In this document: positions 41,099-56,143 of the stretch, piece by piece
Layout: each line of letters begins with the position of its first letter
How positions within the stretch are numbered: position 1 is the stretch's first letter
Assembly (NCBI GenBank): GCA_951406725.2
Contig: OX597819.1
Coordinates: 50,840,001 to 50,904,000 of the forward strand
From: Octopus vulgaris
Taxonomy: Eukaryota
Length of the DNA: 64,000 nt
Reading direction: 5' to 3'
Made by a program: the position numbers and the translations under genes
The notes under the pieces: model-generated
Databases searched by the model: none
Told to the model about the DNA's origin: nothing
The model's input: only the letters and a program-made list of their open reading frames with translations

Positions 41099-41140
41099 AG
41101 CATATATGAATATATGTATATGCGTACGTATGTATGTATG

Positions 41141-41180
<40 letters not shown>

Positions 41181-41351
41181 AGCAAGCATACACATGTACA
41201 TATGAATGCATATACTTGGTTATATCTATTTGCTGTAAAGCGATTTAATTAAATAATGTTTGCACGTGTATATATATATATATATATAAAAAAAGTATGT
41301 ATTTACATATATATATATGTATAAGTATATGTATAGATATACACACACACA

Positions 41352-41453
<102 letters not shown>

Positions 41454-41616
41454 TACATATATATATATATGCACACATGCATATGTACGTATATACATAC
41501 ATATGTATGTATATGTATATATATATATGTATATATATATGCCTACTTGGATAATTATTTACTCTGTTTATTCTGTTTATTCATCGGATTTATAATTTGT
41601 AGTCATTAATATCGTA

Positions 41617-41682
<66 letters not shown>

Positions 41683-41752
41683 TAACGATAATCATAATTA
41701 TAATAATAATAATGATGATAAAAATAACAATAATAACAATAAAAATAATGAA

Positions 41753-41788
<36 letters not shown>

Positions 41789-42439
41789 AATAATAATAAT
41801 AATAATTCGAGAAGCAAAATAAAAAGAAAACAAAAAAAAAAGACGAATGGGAGCTAAATCTGAAATACACTTTGATAAACAAAATATACATAAAACAGCT
41901 CAATATGAAAAAAAAAAAGCAAAAACACCTCTCCAGTTTACTCAAGGGTAAAAGTGGAGAACGCGATGAAGTTAATGCCAGCGTTCAGATATTTTATATT
42001 GGAGATTTAACAAATAATGTCGACATTTTCCTCGTTAAATTTTCAACTTCATTGATTAAAAAAAGTTAACATAATATATACGTCGTATGGAAAAAGAGTA
42101 GTGGAGTTTGGTGGTATTTTGATTGCTTTTGTTGTTGTTGATGATGGGATTATTGTTGTTAATTTTGTTGTTGTTGTTGGTGTTGTTTAGCCAGCAGATT
42201 AGCCCCTTGATCGCGCAGACCAATAATCAAAGACATTCCAGCCCTGACTGCAACTATGTATGTTTGCTTTCTGTCATGCAATGTTTTTCTCTGGACTATA
42301 TTTAGTATGTCCTTTAATGAGCTATAAAAATGAAAATACGTACAGGCTTAGGGTTAGATTTGGAAGACATCTCACTGGTGTTTCTAACAGTTAGAGTGAA
42401 CAAGTATAAACCCTCTCCTTTCCTGACTCGCTACATTTT

Positions 42440-43090
42440 TATTTTATATATAGATTATTGTGCGAGAAAATAAATTCAAAGCTGAGTGTGAACAATGAAT
42501 CAACCAGTATTAAAACGAAACAATCGTCGCGTGATTGCAGCTGCCTCCTGTGTGGCAAGTTGGTTGCTTGGATGACAAGCGAAAGCAAAACGCCCGCACT
42601 AATGTGGACTAGGAGAAGAAATTGAACACTTCCTTGTTGTAGCCTCAATACTGTTAGGTGTCGTTAGAGGGTACGATACGGGTGAAAGGCGCAAAATATA
42701 TTAAGCTCCTCCTCATAGTTTTATTGCATTTTGATTCCATATATAACTATATGTAAATGAAAAATCAAGGCCGAGAGTGAACAATATATCAACCGGCAAT
42801 AAAAGAAAATCATTGGGTGATCGGTGATATCCATTGTTTGGGAAATAGGAAATAAAACGCTCGCTCTGATGTGATCCAGAAGAATTTGAACATTCCCTTC
42901 TTATATCATCAATAGTGCTCGGCATCGCTGAAGGAAGCGATACGGGTGAAAGTTTCAAAATTTGCTTTGACTAGTTGATAACTGATTAAGACAACGGTCA
43001 ACAATATAATAGTTAACAGTACAAATTGTGTGTGAAATTTATGTAATTCTATATGTGCAGATGAAAACCAAAAGCTACGGACGGCTACCG
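42440..43090. repeat. Diverged tandem duplication (~270 bp unit, two units plus the start of a third)
   Basis: Shared GTGAACAAT..ATCAACC, AGAAGAA.TTGAACA and CGATACGGGTGAAAG in both units. Confidence 0.75.
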
Positions 43091-43627
43091 CTGTGCGGAC
43101 AACGTCAGCTAGTCGGCCATTTTCCGCGTCGGTTTCGATTTTTCGTTGAAGCCGTTCCATCACATAAACAATCTATAACTATTAGTGAGAGAGATTATCG
43201 ATTATATGTCATGGATTTACAGCAAGGCCCTTATGTCTAAACACAAAATCGGTTCAATGTCTGTATATAAAATATCTGATTCCTGTCTTATTTAGTTATG
43301 TAGCTTCGTGATGTATGTGTTTCGTTGGTCTTCTGAACAAAATTAAACATATTATCATATCCTAGAAATATTTATTATTCAATGGATGACAAAAGCGATA
43401 GAATGATGGATAAAATACAATGTGATATTTACTTACAACCCTTTACCTTCCAAATTTAATCTCCCTGACATCGTTTTTGCTCTTCATTCTTCTGGTGTTG
43501 ATAAAATAAATATCAGTCAAATAAGATCAATAAATCGACTTTATCGCTGACAGTTGAATAGCCTGTGCCAATGCTAAATAGGAATGCTAAAGATCACATC
43601 ATCATCATCATCATCATCATCATCATT

Positions 43628-44878
43628 TGTTCTCATCTCTCGGTCTTAGGTGTTATGCTGGCTCATTCTGTTGGATAGCAAGTCCCACCGTATCAAGCAT
43701 ATTTCTTAAGAATCTTTCTGTCCCTAATAAACAGGCTTTCTGCATAACACAGAAGTTCGTGTCAATGAAATTGTTCCTCTAACTTTTCGAAATTTTAGCT
43801 AAGATACCCAACGCGCCGATGACAAGTGGCATTATCTTTACACTCTTACAGTCCCCATAGCAGTCCACTCTCATATTGTACTTATCAAGCCTTTCTTGTT
43901 CTTTCTCATTTACTTTGGTATCAAAGGGGCGTACTATAGCCGCATTCATGCATTCACGAGATGTTTTGTGAAAGATAACGGTGTCGGGTCAAGCATGTTC
44001 CATAACCTTACCTGTCTGCAGTTTACAACCCCACAGGATCTTTGTATTTTTATTTTTCAGCACCTTCTCCCCCTTGTGGTCGAACCAGTTTTCGGTCGAA
44101 GGAAATTCGTACTTATTATAGATTTCCCAATGCACGACATTGACCACCCTATCATGTCTCCCAGTTCTTATATACCTACACTTCTTGTCAATGACTTTCC
44201 TGATGGTTCTTCATTTGCATTGCTTGCTCCTATGCAACCATAACAATTCCTTTGGTCTCTTTCTTCAGGTCACATTTCTTGAGCCAGTACCAGCTCTTAT
44301 CTCGTCGAACCTCGTCTGTAGCTACAAAGAATTTGCCATGCAAATGTTTGTTGCGATAGGATCCTTCCCTTTCATGTTGCATGTCTTTCTTCTACCAATC
44401 ATCAAGGATATTTTCCTTTCATACCAACTAAATTAACTTTTCCTTGTTTACGTGGATATACTTTTTCAGACAGGTAGCCCTCATATTTACTCAATCCTCA
44501 ACATTTATCAACTTTCGTCTCCTTTGCTCCCCTTCACGCATAGCTAATCAACATTTCTTTGGGGATGGATTGACCTATATTTCGTTTCTGTCCAAGATCT
44601 TTAGGTCTTCCTTCCTCCATTTGACTCTACTGTCTTCATACGTTATTATGCTTACGACCCATGGGTTATAATGGTGGAGAGAGTATTTACACCATTCGGT
44701 TTCGATTTCTCATCCAACTCAAGCACTCCCGACCTAACTTTGCTTTCATCTTGCTGGCTTTGATACTGTCTGCTTCGTGTATACCAAGAGAAATATATCT
44801 TTCACTTTTCTCAATCTCCTTAATTTCCTTGTCTGTTGGTAATTTTATTCCGCCTCTATTTTCACACCTTCGTTACCT
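43628..44878 (-). mobile_element. R4/Dong-like LINE fragment (RT thumb to endonuclease end) within (CAT)n
   Basis: Manual translation: ERYISLGIHEADSIK...HGKFFVATDEV...SWYWLKKCDLKKET...RHDRVVNVVHW...KIMPLVIGALG...QKACLLGT, with stops and frameshifts. Confidence 0.85.
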
Positions 44879-45030
44879 TCATCATCATCATCATCGTCAT
44901 CGTCGTCGTCGTCGTCGTCATTATCATCATCATCATTGACATCATCACCATCATCATCGTCATCGTCGTCGTCGTCGTCGTCATCATCATCATCATCATT
45001 GCCATCATCATCATCATCATCATCGCCATC

Positions 45031-45086
<56 letters not shown>

Positions 45087-45092
45087 TATTAC

Positions 45093-45157
<65 letters not shown>

Positions 45158-45394
45158 TTATTATTACTATTACTATTAAATCCTTAAATCCTTAAAAATG
45201 TTTTAGCCCGAAGGCTATTGTTATTATTATTACTATTGTTATTATTATTCTTATTGTTATTATTATTGTTATTGTTATTGTTATTGTTATTGTTATTCTT
45301 ATTGTTATTATTATTCTTATTGTTGTTGTTATTGTTATTGTTGTTGTTATTGTTATTGTTACTGATGTTGTTATTGTTATTGTTGTTGTTGTTG

Positions 45395-45446
<52 letters not shown>

Positions 45447-45483
45447 CATCATCATCATCATTATTATTATTATTATTATTATT
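44879..45483. repeat. (CAT/CGT)n then (TTA/TTG)n compound microsatellites
   Basis: Read directly. Confidence 0.9.
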
Positions 45484-46535
45484 CAGTAGTTTTATTTTTA
45501 TAACGTGCTTTCACTTCACTACCGAGTGCAGTTCTGTGTGCCTTGGGTATGTGCTGTGATTTGTTGTGATGCTCTGATGGTTACTGTATTGAAAGTGTTC
45601 TGCGTAGGATGTGTGCAGTGCCTAGTAGTGCAATTTTCTGTATGTTATATGTGTTTGTAAGTCCTGGTGCTTTTGTTATGTCTGAATATTTTTTATCATG
45701 CCTAATGCACCTACTATGATAGGAATTGTTTCAGTTTTTAGATTCCACATTCTAGTTACCTCTATTTCCAGGTCTTTGTATTTTAAGAGTTTCTCCATTT
45801 CTTTTAGAGACACGTTGTCATCTGCCGGTATTGATACATCAATTAGAAAGCATTTTTTTTTCTTCATGATCTCTGACAACTATATCTGGTCTGTTGGCCT
45901 TAATTTCTCTATCTGTATGTATTGGTATATCCCAGAGTATGGTTGCTTTCTCGTTTTCTGTGACCTTTCCTGGTGTGTGCCTATACCATCTTTTTTGTGC
46001 TGTTATTCCATAATGTTGGCATAGCTTCCAGTGTATGTAGGTCCCAACTCTGTCGTGTCTGTGAATATATTCCTTCTTAGCCAGGACTGAGCAGCCAGAG
46101 ATAATATGATTTATTGTTTCTTGTCCATCTCCACATATTCTGCAGTTACTTGTTATATTTCATTTCATTACATGTTTTTTGGTAATTCCTGGTGGGGAGG
46201 CTTTGGTCTTGTGCTGCAATTAAAAATCCCCCTGTCTCTGCTTTGAGTCCTGAGCTTCTCAACCACTGCTGGAATTTTTCTTTGTCTATTTCTTTTGCAT
46301 TTAGTTTAGTCTAGTATTTGCCATGAAGAGGCTTTTCTTGCCATCGTTTTATCATGGTCCGTTGCTGTTTTAGTTTTAGTTTTGATTTCATTTGCTTTAT
46401 AGCTTTTGTTGTGTTTTCTTCTTCTTCTTCTTCTTCTTCTTCTTCTTCTTCTTCTTCTTCTTCTTCTTCTTCTTCTTCTTCTTCTTCTTCTTCTTCTTCT
46501 TCTTCTTCTTCTTCTTCTTCTTCTTCTTCTTCTTC
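45484..46535 (-). mobile_element. R4/Dong-like LINE fragment with CCHC knuckle and restriction-like endonuclease
   Basis: WQEKPLHGKY...LKAETGGFLIAAQDQSLPTRNY...CRICGDGQETINHIISGC...RHDRVG...LIDVSIP...KYKDL...IPIIVGALG, followed by a (TAA)n tail. Confidence 0.9.
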
Positions 46536-46888
46536 TTTTTGTCGTTGTTGTTGGTGTTGTTTAGCCAGTAATTTTTATTGACCTTTATAGCTTTATAATT
46601 TTACGAACTGAACCATGGTTTTAATTATTATTTTTCATCTCCCTATGTGTTAGTTTTTTTAAAACTATTAGCCAAATATGTATAATAACTGTGATTATTA
46701 ATATTAATATATACACTGATATATATTTTGTTTTATTTTGTTTTGTTTACCTTACATTATTGTACCAATGAGTATTATATCATATAAGTGTAGCATTATG
46801 AAGTTTATGCATAAGTTTTTATATTTTACATTTTTATATTTATATGTATATGGAAAAATAATTTTTTTCACAATTATAACAAATTTAA

Positions 46889-46999
46889 TTCTCTGAAGAG
46901 GCCGTGGGGCATCCTTGTTAATGCCTCATTTATACCTGCCTTTATGGCTTATAGGTTAAATGAGGTATGACTGCCCTCGCTGCCGAAACAGCTGTCAGA
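46889..46999 (+). ncRNA. Type I hammerhead ribozyme with intact core, long helix II and palindromic helix III
   Basis: ucu-CUGAAGA-[85-nt hairpin ggc...gcc]-GAAA-cagcug-UC-aga. The predicted cleavage is after C46996. It lies in an AT-rich ~600-bp segment with AATAAA at ~47106. Confidence 0.75.
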
Positions 47000-47185
47000 T
47001 GTGATTTAATTACATATTATATTTGAAATTTTATACTTATATCTCTTTGTCTATTTACATTTACTGTATATTTTGTATAATGCCTTTACTGATATGTAAT
47101 GGTGTAATAAAGTAATGTTTGGGTATCATCTGATAGTTGATGTTTTATTGATTTAAGTATGTTTCTCCATTTTCTAATTTTGTAG

Positions 47186-47219
<34 letters not shown>

Positions 47220-47394
47220 CGCATACTTACACACACACACACATATATGTAATTTTTGAAACTGATGGCTATTTGTCAATTAGTGTGTTGAGTAAAGCAC
47301 CTTCACACGTTTGTGTTACATTTCGACGTTTGTGTTACATTTCCTCTGGATCTACGTCAGGAATTCCCCGATGTTAGTTGAGATTATAATAACT

Positions 47395-48380
<986 letters not shown>

Positions 48381-48647
48381 AACTACATACAGATGTGTGC
48401 ATGCGTGTGCGTCTTCGCGCATGATCTTCTCAGTGTTAATGGTTCGCTTATATTCCTCTAAGTTGACGATTCCACAGAACGAATCGATAGAAACTACCAG
48501 AAGACAAAAACGTACTAGGATCAATTTGCTGGATTAAACTCTTCAAAGCAATGCCCCGGTATGGCTGCAGTCCACTGAATGACAAGTAAAAGAATAAAAG
48601 AATACATAAAAAAAATATGCCAAAACAAAACACAAAAATACATCTTT

Positions 48648-48982
48648 TAATCATCTCGTCCAAGCCCACCCTCTTCACCATAAATACAGAGTGACTTAAA
48701 ATAGGCTGGCAGCCATTCTCTGTATTATTGCTCGAAGCCTGATGTATATGCTTTTTTTTTTTGTTTTGCTTTTTTTACTTCTTTTTATTGAGCTCTCTTG
48801 TTAATCGCTTTGCTTCAAAAGAAATATTCTCGGAAAAATCTGCAATATATTTAATACTATAATTACTATACGTACATGTACACACGCATATACATGTATG
48901 TATGTATGTATGTATGTATGTATGTATGTATGTATGTATGTATGTATGTATGTATGTATATATGTATATATATGTATGTATG

Positions 48983-49037
<55 letters not shown>

Positions 49038-49577
49038 GTATATATATATGATATAATGCACAAAAACGTACTTTATATATATATATGTGTGTGTATATAT
49101 ATAATACACAAATACGTACTATATATATCTATAAATATATGTATATGTACTTATATGTATATATATATGTGTGTGTGTGTGTATGTGTATAAAGGTACAT
49201 ATGTATATATGCGTGCATCTGTGTATGTATGTATATACATATATGAATGTGTAGGTGAGAGAATTTTGAGTGTCTGCGGTTGGTTGTGCGTGTATTTATT
49301 TATACACGTAAGGAGCGGGTGTGTGTTTGGTTTGTATGAATGCCAGTGTGTAGAGAACGTCTATGTGATGTGAGGTCAGCCAAGCCGTGTTTTATGGAAT
49401 TAGGAAAAGCAGTCATCTGAATAGTCAGTCTTCCAGAACCGTCTTGCATTGATCTATACCCAACACCTATCAGTTTTCTGCCTTATAAAATAATATTAAA
49501 GGCAAAGGAAGCAAAACTACATGAAAGCTATGTAATCATCTCGTCCAAGCCCACCCTCTTCACCATAAATACAGAGT
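48648..49577 (+). repeat. Perfect 45-bp direct repeat (48648-48692 and 49533-49577)
   Basis: TAATCATCTCGTCCAAGCCCACCCTCTTCACCATAAATACAGAGT occurs twice. Confidence 0.9.
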
Positions 49578-49642
49578 AGCTTATCAGCCACTCCCGCTCT
49601 GTCTCTCTCTCTGTCTCTCTCGCTTTCATTCTCTTTCTCTCC

Positions 49643-49678
<36 letters not shown>

Positions 49679-49975
49679 TCCCATCACTATATATATATCT
49701 CTATGTACCACTCTCGCTATCACTGTCTCTCAAAATCTTCACGACACAAATATACACACACACAAACACGTACATTTAAATGTATGCGTATGTACTTATA
49801 TCCACGTACACACACACACATATACACACATACGCACACACACACTTATGTAAGTGTGCATATATATATATTTATGCATACATATATATATATATGAATA
49901 TATGTAGGTATCTATATATATATATATATACATACATATACGTTCATATATATATATATATATATGTGCATAGGT

Positions 49976-50048
<73 letters not shown>

Positions 50049-50400
50049 TATATATATGCATGCACACACACACAATACACACATCTATGCATATTTACAA
50101 ACGTAAGCACATAGGTAATCAAACACTGTTGAAATTCTGTCATATGACTCAGATACTCACATACATGCTTGCTCATTCATACACACACACACACACATTC
50201 ACACATGTACACACAATGACACATATATATATATATATATATACACAACCCACACACATATACATCCATCAAAAGCCAAAACACCATTGGCAAATGTTTG
50301 CAATACTTACAGAGACATTTGTGTACACATGTGTACACATGTAAACGCTGATATCATATATACATAAACCGTATGTATAAGATATATGTTATATATATAT

Positions 50401-50457
<57 letters not shown>

Positions 50458-50589
50458 CATATATATGTACACACATTTGTATATCTATACATATGTGCGG
50501 GTGTGTGTATATATATAGATAGATAAAAAGATATATATATATATAGAGAGAGAGAGAGATAAATAGATGGATAGATAGTTAGTTAGATG

Positions 50590-50687
<98 letters not shown>

Positions 50688-50977
50688 CAGGCAGACAAGA
50701 GGGTTTCGAAAAATTTACAGAGGTAGATATGGATATATATCTCGAAGCATTGACACACATATGCACACACGCACGCACAAGCACACAGACAAACATACAC
50801 GCACACGCATATACTATTTGTATATATATAATATATATACAAATATTACACTAACACATATATATGTGTGTTTATAGGAGCTTTTGTGTATTTGTTTCCA
50901 TCTGTGTATCTATCTCTTATCTATATACACACATACACACACAAACCACACACACACACAGAGGTGCACACACATGT

Positions 50978-51019
<42 letters not shown>

Positions 51020-51653
51020 GCATACACATACATGTAAAATATACATATAATTGTAGATTTGTGTATATACGTAGATATTTGATTATGTAGTTGCGCGCGT
51101 ATATGTACGTGTACGTGTGTGTGCACGTATGTGTGTGGGTGTTTGTATGTATACCATACAAGCATATCCACGCATGTATTCAACACCCGTACACACACTC
51201 GCTTGCATGCATATCACATATAACCATAATATTCATACACAAATATTTACGAATATACGTACGAGTGTGTGATACACTCGCCTGTGTTTACAGACAGATA
51301 GATGTATGCATACATATATATATACCCACATATTCATATTAATATATATAGAAATTGGAAATGTTCAACATAGAAACGAAGCTATAAATTTATTCAGGCA
51401 TAAATTGGTGCAATCTGTGTGTGAGTGTGTGGCTGAGCGTGTCTGAATTTGGGCCTGTATCATTTTACACATCCATACACAAACCACAATAACACATTTA
51501 TGTACCAACGTACAGTTTTGAATTTAACGATCTATTGTATATGAGGGTGATATCATGTAATGTACATACACACGCACTTACACACACAGAGATATACATA
51601 CATACATGTAAATGCAAACGTACATTTACATATATATATATACATACATACAC

Positions 51654-51713
<60 letters not shown>

Positions 51714-52078
51714 ATATATATATATATATATATACATACACACACACACACGTATATATATATATATGCATATACACATACACCTATACACATTAAACAG
51801 CAGACACCTGTCATTCACTTATAATCACATATTTGTATATGTCCGTTATGTATGTATGTATGTATGTATGTATGTATGTATGTATGTATGTATGTATGTA
51901 TCTGTCTATGTACGTATCTCTCTCTCTCTCTACACTCACACATACACACACACTCACTTATATGAAATGTTCAACATATGCGTACGTGTGTATACATTCA
52001 TACATGTAATATGTATACCTATATCTGTGTATATATGTGTGTATGAAAATGTATGCATGTATATGTATATATATATAG

Positions 52079-52132
<54 letters not shown>

Positions 52133-52413
52133 ACAAGCAACACACTCACACATAGATAGACACTGACACATACATTCTTGATGTCATAAGTTGTTCCATT
52201 GCTAAAGCAACATTTAAACATGTTTTATATTACACAAGTGATGTTCGGTACGTAACGTTTTATGTGTGTTTACTTATATCAAACACATCACATACACTAA
52301 CACGATATATTACGTGTGTGGCGTCTACACATGCATGTATGTATGTATGTACGTACATATATGTATACAAATACCCATACCTACGTATATACATATATAT
52401 ATATACATATACC

Positions 52414-52471
<58 letters not shown>

Positions 52472-52630
52472 CATGCATACATATATGTATATGTGTATAT
52501 ATGTGTGTGTGTGTGCTTATGTATTCAATTGATCAGTTCTAGTATTCTAAATGGAACACTAAAGACATAAAATAAACAAACAGAAAAATATATGCATATA
52601 TAGATGTGTGAATGAATGCATATATACATG

Positions 52631-52739
<109 letters not shown>

Positions 52740-53586
52740 TCTTGTAGCCTGTATGTATGTCTGTTTGCTTATGAGTATAGGTAATATTGTAATGAAGACA
52801 GAAAATACAGCAAAAGCTTGCCAGGCCAAACGTGTATAATTATGTGTTTGTATTTATACTGAATGTCATTGCGATATTCAGGCGGATTAATGTACATGAA
52901 TATATAGATAGACGCACACAAGCGCACAAACACACAAACCCGCACACATACATGCCCACATGCACATACGCAGATAAACACATATATTTATATTCTTGCT
53001 CCAACATGGTTGTTGGGGAATTAGTCAACTTCTACACCTGCTTCATTTGTTTCTATTTCTGCTTATTATTTTTTGCTGTTTATATCTTTACAATTTACCT
53101 GATGATGGCGGAGTTTTGTCATGATGTTATCTAACAATGCATGAATAAAATGCTATCGAAACAGCTGTAGTGTATTTTAAATTCCTCTTCTGTTCTTCTC
53201 CCCCACACACATGCACATGCAAACACACACATACACCCCCCACACACACATATATATACATGCTTATACATAAGCGCGTGTGTGTTTGTATGTATGTATA
53301 TGCATATAAGATTGCTGACATATAGACGAGTATAACTATCACTGATTTCAGCAATGTGTGTGCAAGATTTAAGGTCCACTAAGGTATACAGGGAACTTCA
53401 TAAACCCTCTCCTCCCTGCTGACATGATCCAGAGGCAAGATATCCAGTGGCAACCAGTTACAGGCACAGGAACATGAGCTCCATGATCCCAGGCGCAAGC
53501 GAAGTATCCCAAAATATCCAACGCCACCCTTTGCATATCTGGTTTTGTATCATAATTTAACAAAAGCTGTTGAGTGCCTCACTTCC

Positions 53587-53692
<106 letters not shown>

Positions 53693-53759
53693 TCTCTTTT
53701 ACTCGTTTCAGCCATGCGGCCGTGTTCATGATGGGGCACCACCATGGTCTTTCTGACTT

Positions 53760-54740
53760 CCTCAGTCTCGGTGTTTCACATTACCACTCCTGTATGTGCC
53801 TTTGTCCAAGCTGTTGGTACATTTGGTGTATAAGAGAGTTTCATTCCACTGCCGTCGTCTGTACCTCATATCGGACTGTTGGTTCATCCATTATTGTGAA
53901 GAGGAGGATGTCTAGTGCCTTCTGAAGACATCTACTGCCACCTTATGCAAATTTCTTAATTTTTGTGGCAGGGTATTCAAGAGCTGTTGACCTTTGGTCC
54001 TTAGACTATTGCAGTACTTGGCCTTGAATTTAGGTGGAGTGGATGGTACCTTTGGCACAATATAATGTCGACCAGTTCTGGCATTTGTATAATACCGAAT
54101 ACCTAAGTTAAGTAATAACCCTTCTAGGATTTTCCACATATATTTTATTGCACATCTCTTCTCACGTCTTCGCTCCAGGGAGTAAAGCTGTAGTTTTCTC
54201 AGCCTATCCCTGTAGCTCATCCGCTGCACTGATTCAATCTTTTTTAGTGTAGTGGCGTTGGACTGCTTCAAGCGCCGCAGTTAGTTTGGCACTACGTGGT
54301 GACCATAACTGGGAGCAATATTCCAGGCGTCTGAGAATAAAGGTTCTCCACAGGGTCAACATAATTTGTTGGTCTCTTGTCTTGAAGGACCACAGTATCC
54401 ATCCTGACAGTTGTTTGCACTTTGCTGCCATCTTGTTAATGTGCATATAAAATGATGAGTCATTGCACATACTGATCCCTAGGTCTTTCACTGCCTGTGA
54501 TTCTGGGATTCTAGTGCATTCTAGTGCATCCCGTAAATGTAGATTGTACTGTATTCAAGAGTTGATAGTGCAGTTCTTGAAATTTTCCAGTATTAAACTG
54601 CATGTTTTTTATTTCGGCCCACTTGTAAATTGAATTTAAGCTTGTGATATCATCTTGGTTTTTTATTGCCTGTGATAATTTTGCATCATCGACATAGCTA
54701 GTGACAACAAAACATCCAGACAGTTGGATGATACAAAAAG
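53760..54740 (-). mobile_element. CR1/L2-group LINE reverse transcriptase 3' fragment
   Basis: Frameshifted ORFs: SYVDDAKL...MQFNTGKF; KDLGI...RLEYCSQLWSP; MSYRDRLRKLQLYSLERRRE. Confidence 0.9.
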
Positions 54741-55101
54741 GGACATCAAATAACAATGACGGGTCATTCGGAGTTTTCTTTCGTCAGTCGAGTTTCTGAT
54801 TATCTTTGCAGTTTCGGCTGGTTATACTCGAGACTGCCCCAATGTGGCCAGCCCCAAGGAAAATCTAAGCTAAGAACACTATACCTTAGAAGAAAGCAGC
54901 GAATGTATACGAAAAGAAGGCCGGAAAAAACGGAGAAATGGTACTCAAATACAAATGTAAAGAACAGGACATTAACAATAGGGGAATAAGCACGAATTAA
55001 ATTAAGCTGGCGTGTGTGGAAGTGAAGCCTTACGGCAGGAGCATAAGAGATGGCAGGCATGGGAAGGAATATAGATGTTGCACGGAGGCTAGTCGAACCA
55101 T

Positions 55102-55132
<31 letters not shown>

Positions 55133-55193
55133 CATACATACATACATACATACATACATACATACATACATACATACTTATTTACATACATAC

Positions 55194-55233
<40 letters not shown>

Positions 55234-55819
55234 ATATAGTCACTGTACGCGTCAGCAAATAGGCAAACAAGGTTCATTGTGAATTACAGAACAGTCCTGA
55301 AGCAATTTAGTCGTTATATTGGCGCAGTATTCGTTGACACCACCCATATACATTTTCATATACATATACACTAGTATGTACTATACACAGTCACTCTCTC
55401 TCTCACACATACACACACACGAACACAACACACACACATATATACCTCTGTCAGTGGATGGTAAAGCCCGAAGCTATAGATTCAGCTCTTATTTGCCGTA
55501 ACATTATTGCTTCGATATAGCTGAGTTATGCATTTGAATATGTTTGCAAATATGCTTTTCTTCAAATGATCTCCAACAAATTTTGTTTTTATAAGGTTTG
55601 ATATTCTTCTACATCCAGTACTACAATCTTCTTTGATTACAAAGCTATTTCCACGGTCAATATATACCTATATTCAATTATGTTGATTGATATGTTATTG
55701 GTGTGAATTTCAAAGACCTGAATGTGGTGAATATTCTCAGCTAACGTTCACCAAATCTTGAACATAATTATCCAAAGCAGTGAACTTTTATACTGTACAG
55801 TATTTCTTATTTACTTCCA

Positions 55820-56143
55820 TTGTGGTTAGAGCGTCGAGCTTATGATCATGAGGTTGCGAGTTCGATTCCCGGACCGGGCAGCGTGTTGTGTTCTTGAGCA
55901 AGACATTTTATTTCACGTTGCTCCAGTTAACTCAGCTGTAGAAATGAGTTGCGACATCACTGGTACCAAGCTGTATCGGCCTTGGCTTTTCCCTTGGATG
56001 ACATCGGTGGTTTGGAGCGGGGAGGCTGGTATGCATGGGCGACTACTGGCCTTCCATAAACAACCTTGCCCGGACTTGTACCTTGGAGTGTAACTTTCTA
56101 GGTGCAATCCCACGGTCATTCCTGACCGAAGGGGGTTTCCCAT
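55820..56143 (+). mobile_element. SINE family C (tRNA head, CORE-like segment)
   Basis: TGGTTAGAGCG...GAGTTCGATTCC...TTCTTGAGCAAGACATTTTATTTCAC...TCAGCTGTAGAAATGAG. Confidence 0.85.
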
